41,594 nucleotides of DNA from an uncultured Clostridia bacterium (GTDB lineage Bacteria > Acidobacteriota > Aminicenantia > UBA2199), in assembly GCA_964406785.1 (NCBI GenBank), contig CAYOTE010000001.1, positions 1 to 41,594 of the forward strand. Reading direction: 5' to 3'. Within the stretch, counting starts at the first letter, position 1, and each line of letters opens with the position of its first letter. A program made the translations under genes and the position numbers. Under the pieces are notes generated by a model. It saw nothing but the letters and a program-made list of their open reading frames with translations, did not search any database and had not been told where the DNA came from. Shown here piece after piece: positions 20,400-26,550 of the stretch.

Positions 20400-20801
20400 A
20401 TGTTTAAGTATGAAACTATGATAAAGATTTACGATGTGGACGCAGCCGGAGTCTTATTTTTTGCCAATCAATTCAGGCTTGTTTATGATGCGTACGAGGC
20501 GTTTCTTAATGAAATAGGTTTTTCCGTACAGAAGATAATAAATGAGTCGAGCTTTTTATTACCTGTGGTATCGGCAAAAACCGACTATAAGGCTCCCCTG
20601 TATGTGGGTAATCTTATTATAATTAATATTGATGTAAAAGATATTGGAGACAGCTCAATTACCCTGTCTCATCAAATATATAAAGACTCTAAAATTCTCG
20701 TTGGCGAGGGAGAGACCGTCCATGTCAGTATTGATAAAACAACGGGCAAAAAGATAAAATTTCCACAAGACTTAATCGAAGCAATCGATAAAAAATTATA
20801 A
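20400..20801 (+). CDS. hotdog-fold acyl-CoA thioesterase (4HBT/YbgC type); context suggests DHNA-CoA thioesterase
   Basis: 133 aa. N-terminal YDVDAAGVLFFANQF carries the 4HBT-type Asp. Starts 2 nt after the menD stop. Confidence 0.65.
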   Translation: MFKYETMIKIYDVDAAGVLFFANQFRLVYDAYEAFLNEIGFSVQKIINESSFLLPVVSAKTDYKAPLYVGNLIIINIDVKDIGDSSITLSHQIYKDSKILVGEGETVHVSIDKTTGKKIKFPQDLIEAIDKKL

Positions 20802-20823
20802 ATATAGATTAAAGGAGAAAATA

Positions 20824-21285
20824 ATGGATTATTATAAAATAATTGTTTTTGTTATAGCAGGTGTTCTCGCAGGATGGTTGTGGGGATACATACAATCAAT
20901 TTTTAAAGTAAGAAAATATAAAAAAGAAATCAAGGACTTAAACGGTCATCTAAACAGGCAGATAAAGATTATTGATGAGGGTAGCAAGGGATTGGAAAAG
21001 GAACTTGTGAAATTAAAGAAAAAAAATGAAAATTTACTTGAAACAATAAGTACATATAAACAAAAACCGGGAAGAACAGAGCTTAGGCTTCTTAATATTT
21101 ATGATATAGCCTTACGCAAAATAAAACTGATTAATCCCGGATTCTATTCCGCATGGGAGGCAACACTTCAAGATGCCGAGAATGAGTTTGAAGCTAACGA
21201 AAGAGGAGAAAAGGCAATAAATAAAAGAGTATTAAATCCGATATCCTCCACAACACAGTTAGAAAAAGAAAATCCAAGCAGATAA
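20824..21285 (+). CDS. hypothetical membrane-anchored coiled-coil protein
   Basis: N-terminal TM helix IIVFVIAGVLAGWLWGYI, then a Lys/Glu-rich heptad-like region. SD AAGGAGA. No family recognised. Confidence 0.45.
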   Translation: MDYYKIIVFVIAGVLAGWLWGYIQSIFKVRKYKKEIKDLNGHLNRQIKIIDEGSKGLEKELVKLKKKNENLLETISTYKQKPGRTELRLLNIYDIALRKIKLINPGFYSAWEATLQDAENEFEANERGEKAINKRVLNPISSTTQLEKENPSR

Positions 21286-21298
21286 AAAGAGTATTGAT

Positions 21299-22024
21299 AT
21301 GATTGAGCTGATTAATATATCTAAGAGTTATAATAAAGGTGAAATTAAAGCCGTTGATAATTTGAATTTGACTGTAAATAATGGAGAAATATTTGGTTTT
21401 CTCGGTCCGAATGGTGCCGGAAAAAGTACTACGATAAAGATGATTGTCGGTCTATTAAATCCTGACGAAGGTATAGTTAAGGTTAATGGTATTGATAATC
21501 AAAAAAATTCGCTTAAATGTAAACAACAGATTGCATACGTACCTGAAAATGCAGAAACCTATGAAAGATTAAAAGGCATTGAATATCTTAATTTTATAGG
21601 AAATATTTATAATACTCCGATGATAAAAAGAAAGGAAATAACTCAAAAATGGGCAGAGATTTTTGGTCTTGAAAGTGTTTTAAATAATTTCATTAAGAGT
21701 TACTCTCACGGAATGCGTCAAAAAATTATACTAATGGGTGCTTTAATTGCCGACACTCAGGTTCTTATACTTGATGAGCCTTTAATTGGGTTGGATCCTA
21801 AATCAGCACATAGTTTAAAAGAAATTATGAAAGAATATTGTGAGCAAAATAAAACCTTGTTTTTTTCCACTCACGTAATGGAAGTCGCTGAAAAAATATG
21901 TGATCGTATTGCAATTATTAATGAGGGAAAGTTGGTTGAGTGCGGAACAATGACCGAGCTGAGAGATAAGGCTAAGGATTCAAGCTCTCTTGAAAATATA
22001 TTTTTAGAAATAACGGAAAAATGA
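21299..22024 (+). CDS. ABC transporter ATP-binding protein
   Basis: Walker A GPNGAGKST, signature YSHGMRQK, Walker B LILDEPLIGLD, H-loop STH. Confidence 0.85.
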   Translation: MIELINISKSYNKGEIKAVDNLNLTVNNGEIFGFLGPNGAGKSTTIKMIVGLLNPDEGIVKVNGIDNQKNSLKCKQQIAYVPENAETYERLKGIEYLNFIGNIYNTPMIKRKEITQKWAEIFGLESVLNNFIKSYSHGMRQKIILMGALIADTQVLILDEPLIGLDPKSAHSLKEIMKEYCEQNKTLFFSTHVMEVAEKICDRIAIINEGKLVECGTMTELRDKAKDSSSLENIFLEITEK

Positions 22025-23712
22025 AAAATATACTGTCTTTGCTCAAAATTTTTATAAAGGTGAATTTTTTCTTTCCAAAGCTTAGAAGGGGTGACTTAAA
22101 AAAAAAGGAACGTGTAACAACATTTTTATTTATTTTTCTTCTTATACTTGTAGTAGGCTTTTTGATTTTTGGATATTTATTTATTATCAAATATACCTAT
22201 GGCTTATTGATAAATTTTAATCAATCACCTGATGCAATAATTGCATTAATAATGATTATTGCTAATGCCTTAATTATTATATTCGGTGCAATAGGTGTTA
22301 TTTCCGTTTTTTATTTATCCAATGATACGGAGAGATTAATTCCTTTACCCATAAGACCTGTTGAAGTTATTTTTGCAAGATTTATATCTATTTTAATAAA
22401 CCAATATATGGTAATGTTGCCATTAGTTCTATCGGCTTTTATATACTTGGGGATACTCAAAAAAGCCTCTATAGGATATTGGCTAAAACTGCCTGTAATA
22501 TATATACTATTACCTGTTATTCCTCTTGCTATAGTTATAATTCTTGTGATGTTTTTGATGAGAGTAGTGAACTTTGGTAAGAATAAGGATAAATTAATTA
22601 TTATAGGTGCTATTTTTCTTATGTGTCTTACTGCATTACCTCAGTTTCTTGGTAATAATGCAAAAAAAAATGATAGCGATATTAAAAAAGAGGTTATTGT
22701 GAAGTTTTTGACATCGTCAGACGGGCTTGTTCAAATGATTGGCAATAAATTTCCTCCTGTTTTATGGGCAACTAAGGGATTAACAAGGAGAATGACTAAA
22801 GAGGGTGTAACTGGATTTGTAACATATGCGGGAGTATCAATCCTTTTTTTTCTGTTTTTGCTATATATAGGTAAATTGATTTTTTATAAGAGTTTGATAG
22901 GAATACAGGAAACACCAACGGAAAATAAGAAGAAAATAGATTTTTCTAAAATAAAATTTTCAGACAAGCCCTCACATATTATTGCAATTTTTAAAAGAGA
23001 ATTAAAAGAGATGAATAGAACACCCATGTTTTTTATAAACGGTGTTGTTACTTCGCTTTTTATGCCGGGGTTAATGCTTTTGTGGATAAGTATAAATAGG
23101 GGCGGAGAACGATTTCAAGGACTGTTTAACTTATTTACTAAGAATAACTCGGATATTTTAGTTTTTATTGTGATTATAGTACTGTATTTTAGCGGAGGTA
23201 TAAACGGTACAGCTGCCTCTTCTATATCAAGAGAGGGTAAAAATTTCTGGTATTCAAAAACACTTCCCATATCTTATAAGGAACAAATAGCAGGTAAGTA
23301 TTTACATGCTCTCGCTATTTCTGCTGTTGGTTATATTGGAGGTTTTATAATTTTATTTTTTATTTTAAAGATTAATTTGCTTTTAATTATTAAGGGAACA
23401 ATACCGGAATTCGCTTTAATTACCATAGGCATTGCTTTTTCGTTACTTTTGGATTTGAGAAAACCAATCTTAGATTGGGAAAATCATAGAAAGGCAATGA
23501 AACAGAATCCGAACGTTGTGACATCAGTGCTCTTTATGTCAGGGTTTGTCGCTATTAGTGGGTTTTTTATCTATAAACTTATTAAAAATAATTATGTAAA
23601 TTTGAATTCATTATACTATATTCTTACCTTCGTATTAATTTTAACATCGGTATTAATTAATTTTTATCTATTTAAAAATCTTGAAACATCCTACTCAAAA
23701 ATAGAAGTATGA
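22021..23712 (+). CDS. large polytopic membrane protein, putative ABC exporter permease
   Basis: ATGA overlap with the ATPase gene. 563 aa with about 10-12 hydrophobic helices in two blocks. Confidence 0.55.
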   Translation: MKNILSLLKIFIKVNFFFPKLRRGDLKKKERVTTFLFIFLLILVVGFLIFGYLFIIKYTYGLLINFNQSPDAIIALIMIIANALIIIFGAIGVISVFYLSNDTERLIPLPIRPVEVIFARFISILINQYMVMLPLVLSAFIYLGILKKASIGYWLKLPVIYILLPVIPLAIVIILVMFLMRVVNFGKNKDKLIIIGAIFLMCLTALPQFLGNNAKKNDSDIKKEVIVKFLTSSDGLVQMIGNKFPPVLWATKGLTRRMTKEGVTGFVTYAGVSILFFLFLLYIGKLIFYKSLIGIQETPTENKKKIDFSKIKFSDKPSHIIAIFKRELKEMNRTPMFFINGVVTSLFMPGLMLLWISINRGGERFQGLFNLFTKNNSDILVFIVIIVLYFSGGINGTAASSISREGKNFWYSKTLPISYKEQIAGKYLHALAISAVGYIGGFIILFFILKINLLLIIKGTIPEFALITIGIAFSLLLDLRKPILDWENHRKAMKQNPNVVTSVLFMSGFVAISGFFIYKLIKNNYVNLNSLYYILTFVLILTSVLINFYLFKNLETSYSKIEV

Positions 23713-23769
23713 TTCTTTATATAGTATCAAAACAATTAGGTTCTTCATCAAAGAATATGAAAGCATAAT

Positions 23770-23943
23770 ACCTAAAATTTTAATCAAAATCTACTGCAAT
23801 ACCCAATAAGCCCATTCTGACTGCGTTAAACTCAATCACTGCATTACAAAATAGTTAGACTATTCTTCATTTAGCTCAATCGTTTAACTTGTTATAATAG
23901 ACTTCTTGGGTATTTCGCTACAATTTTGATGAAAATTTCAGGT
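23770..23943 (+). mobile_element. MITE-like element with long imperfect terminal inverted repeats (copy C)
   Basis: Left arm ACCTAAAATTTTAATCAAAATCTACTGCAATACCCAATAAGCCCATTCT. The reverse complement of the right arm is ACCTGAAATTTTCATCAAAATTGTAGCGAAATACCCAAGAAGTCTATT. Related copies at 25427-25609 and 38811-38959. Lies between convergent genes. Confidence 0.6.
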
Positions 23944-24051
23944 AATATTGACGCTTTTACAGAATTTTTTAGCTTATTCATACATCGCTCGGTGAAGAAT
24001 CAAACATTGTATAGCATAAATTGGTTTATAATTTGAAATTTCCCATCAGGA

Positions 24052-24663
24052 TTAAAGCTTGAATTCCAAACCCATTGCAAATATATTGCCTATCGAACGT
24101 GATTGATCCGTATAGTAAGAATTATAGTAATTATTATTTTTGTCCGGTTCTAAAAGTACCCTGATTTCCCCTCTAATAAATATGTTTTTCGTAATGCCTA
24201 TTTTTCCGCCGACATCTACAAGCATTGTAGGGAGTGAATTACTGCGGAAATAAGCGTTTTCACAGTAATGGATGTTCGTAAGTCCTATAGAACAAAAGAA
24301 AGAAAAACTTTTTTTAAAGACATATTCAATATTCAGTTTATAGGTGTAGAAATTTATTTTTTGTTCATACGATTCGATATAATCCTCAGGCGAATACTTG
24401 GGGTTTGCAAAATCAAATTCAAAGTTTACCCGACCTACATCGCTTAAGTTTAAAAGGGTAAAACCTACACCATATATTGGTGAGAATGCCCTTTCTGCCA
24501 AATCATAGTCATAGGGGTTTTGAGGATTAATTCCAATAGAACCGGCTTCTAAAAAAAAATATAGATTTTTTGTGGAAAAAAACCCATGTTTTTCTTCTTT
24601 TGCATGCACCATACTTACAAGTATTGCTAACGCTACGATAGTTGTTAAAATAATTTTTTTCAT
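24052..24663 (-). CDS. small outer-membrane beta-barrel protein
   Basis: Signal peptide MKKIILTTIVALAILVSMVHA, alternating strands and C-terminal ...AMGLEFKL. Start moved to the ATG at 24663, which is preceded by AAGGAGG. Confidence 0.55.
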   Translation of the reverse strand: MKKIILTTIVALAILVSMVHAKEEKHGFFSTKNLYFFLEAGSIGINPQNPYDYDLAERAFSPIYGVGFTLLNLSDVGRVNFEFDFANPKYSPEDYIESYEQKINFYTYKLNIEYVFKKSFSFFCSIGLTNIHYCENAYFRSNSLPTMLVDVGGKIGITKNIFIRGEIRVLLEPDKNNNYYNSYYTDQSRSIGNIFAMGLEFKL

Positions 24664-24690
24664 TTTTCTTTGCCTCCTTTTAAGCATTTA

Positions 24691-24714
24691 CAGAATTATC
24701 GGGCAATAATTCTG
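24691..24714. promoter_or_regulatory. perfect 9-bp inverted repeat upstream of the OMP gene
   Basis: CAGAATTAT-CGGGCA-ATAATTCTG, 28-51 nt upstream of the 24663 start codon. Confidence 0.3.
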
Positions 24715-24826
24715 CCAATAAGAAATATAATGATTGTTTTTAGAAACATTATACCTTTAAGCAATGTTATACCCGTGTTTATAAAATAATTTAATTTAGT
24801 ATATTTAAAGCCATAGCAGAATTAAA

Positions 24827-24854
24827 GTGAACCTGTTCACAGAAAAACGTGAAC
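24827..24854. promoter_or_regulatory. palindromic operator-like site plus an extra half-site
   Basis: GTGAAC-CT-GTTCAC (24827-24840), then a third GTGAAC at 24849-24854, in an ORF-poor region. Confidence 0.25.
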
Positions 24855-25234
24855 AAGGTCGCAATGAGCAAAAGGGATCACTGAAAGAGATATTAATCAT
24901 AATACTACTTATAAGACTAATTTTTTTTATTCTTAGTATTAAGAACGGGGTATTTGCTTATTTTTTCTCACACGGACAATCGGGACGGAGTCGTCATTTT
25001 TGTATTCTTGGATTATAAAGATGATAATGATTGTTCATTAGGCAATATGTAATAATAGATACCTTACATTTTTCAGCATTTGTTTCAAATAATTCAAGTA
25101 ATTTATTCTTCTCAATTTCTGATTTAAATATTGCAAGCCAAATCAAAAAAATTAATTACGGATATATATTAGGTACGTATCTTAATTATAAGGATTTCTT
25201 ATTTGATATTCGTTTCAGTTCAGGAGAATTCAAT

Positions 25235-25399
25235 ATGTCAAAACCAGACAATATTGAATCATTTGTTAAAAACAATCTTAATAGTATTTATGATTGGATA
25301 TCAATTTTAAACATGAAAATATTTTTTTACAGGATGAAATATATTTTTTGGGTAAAGGTTGCCTTATTCATTATAAAAAAATCACATCTTTTTTATTAG
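25235..25399 (+). CDS. possible small protein (54 aa), hydrophobic C-terminal half
   Basis: AGGAG (25222-25226) lies 8 nt before ATG 25235. Product MSKPDNIESFVKNNLNSIYDWISILNMKIFFYRMKYIFWVKVALFIIKKSHLFY. The longer TTG-initiated version (25031) has no SD. Confidence 0.2.
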   Translation: MSKPDNIESFVKNNLNSIYDWISILNMKIFFYRMKYIFWVKVALFIIKKSHLFY

Positions 25400-25426
25400 C
25401 TGATCTATTTTTCAGTTTCAATTAAA

Positions 25427-25609
25427 CCTGAAATTTTAATAAAAATCTACTGCAATGTCCAATAAGCCCATTCTCCTTGATTTTTCATCAGAGTTGCAAA
25501 AAGTCTTTAAAAAGGCAGTAATATAGGATATAATAAGAGATTGCAGAGGGCTTCCCCCCCCACCACAAGAAAAAAAACCAATGCAATCAGAGTTGATTAA
25601 AATTTTAGG
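25427..25609 (+). mobile_element. MITE-like element, composite copy B (TIRs plus the ~100-bp module)
   Basis: The left end CCTGAAATTTTAATAAAAATCTACTGCAATGTCCAATAAGCCCATTCT matches the copy C left arm at about 47/51 positions. The right end ...AATGCAATCAGAGTTGATTAAAATTTTAGG is its imperfect inverse. The interior 25475-25577 equals the inverted 14776-14876. Confidence 0.6.
25506..25534 (+). promoter_or_regulatory. candidate promoter inside the repeat module, firing toward the transaldolase gene
   Basis: TTTAAA (25506-25511), 17 nt, TATAAT (25529-25534), about 180 nt upstream of the tal start. Confidence 0.25.
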
Positions 25610-25713
25610 AATAATTTTAGCTCCCCCCCAAGTAGAAAAATAAAAAATTCCAACATTTACATTTTTTACATATTTTGTTATAATTTTTTTTGTTATAAAT
25701 TTATTTACGGAGG

Positions 25714-26364
25714 ATGATAGTGAAAATTTTTTTAGATACTGCTAATGTTGATGAGATAAAGAATGCTATGAAATACGGTGTTATTGACGGAATTACAACA
25801 AACCCGTCATTAATTGCTCGTGAAGACAAGGCGTTTATACCTCTTGTTAAGGAAATTCTTTCTATTGTTCCCGGGCCGGTTTCAGTTGAAGTGACGGCTA
25901 CGAACTTTGATGATATGATAGCCGAAGCAGAGCAATATGCAAAGATAGCTGAAAATGTCGTAATAAAAGTTCCAATTAATCTCGAAGGATTAAGAGTTGT
26001 AAAAACCTTATCCGAAAAAAACATCAAAACAAATGTCACACTTATTTTTTCTGCATCACAGGCTGTTCTTGCCGCTAAGGCCGGTGCCTCTTTTGTCTCA
26101 CCTTTTGTTGGTAGAGTCGATGATATTTCAGGCGATGGGATGGAACTTGTTGATGACATAAAGAGGATATTTGAAAATTATGCAATTGACACGGAAATTA
26201 TTGTCGCATCTGTTCGTCATCCTCTACATTTTGTCCAATCTATGCTATTGGGTGCTGATATTGCAACAATCCCGTTTTCTACCTTGGAAAAACTATTAAA
26301 ACATCCTTTAACCGATATAGGTATGGAAAAATTTTTAAATGATTGGAGTAAGGTAAAAAAATAA
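25714..26364 (+). CDS. tal: transaldolase / fructose-6-phosphate aldolase (short, type 3B)
   Basis: KIFLDTANVDEIK, GITTNPSL and the Schiff-base Lys context VIKVP. ~216 aa. GGAGG directly abuts ATG 25714, so GTG 25720 (MKIFLDTA...) is the more likely start. Confidence 0.88.
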   Translation: MIVKIFLDTANVDEIKNAMKYGVIDGITTNPSLIAREDKAFIPLVKEILSIVPGPVSVEVTATNFDDMIAEAEQYAKIAENVVIKVPINLEGLRVVKTLSEKNIKTNVTLIFSASQAVLAAKAGASFVSPFVGRVDDISGDGMELVDDIKRIFENYAIDTEIIVASVRHPLHFVQSMLLGADIATIPFSTLEKLLKHPLTDIGMEKFLNDWSKVKK

Positions 26365-26457
26365 AACAATTGTGGATATAACTGACAAAATAACCGAACA
26401 AGTTAAGATTGTAAAATAAAAAAATAAAAAATAATTAATAATTTTAAAGAAAAAAAA

Positions 26458-26494
26458 CAAAAAAAAAAAAAAACTTTTTTTTTTTTTTTTTTTT
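26458..26494. repeat. A16-C-T20 homopolymer palindrome
   Basis: A run 26458-26473, C 26474, T run 26475-26494, immediately upstream of and in frame with the tamB ORF. Confidence 0.95.
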
Positions 26495-26550
26495 CATTTT
26501 TATTTATCCTTGTAAGTTTTCTCGGTTTAAAATTTTATATATACAGGAGT

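Noticed and set aside
24827-24840. Possible LexA (Cheo-box) site
   Set aside because: The Gram-positive-type SOS box is GAAC-N4-GTTC, but this palindrome is GAAC-N2-GTTC. The spacing does not fit, so it is kept only as a generic operator-like palindrome.
24827-25018. 63-aa GTG-start ORF
   Set aside because: Its start codon is part of the GTGAACCTGTTCAC palindrome. It has no RBS and no internal ATG, so it was treated as non-coding.
25701-26159. 152-aa minus-strand ORF opposite the transaldolase gene
   Set aside because: It is a shadow ORF. The plus-strand product has the canonical transaldolase/FSA motifs.
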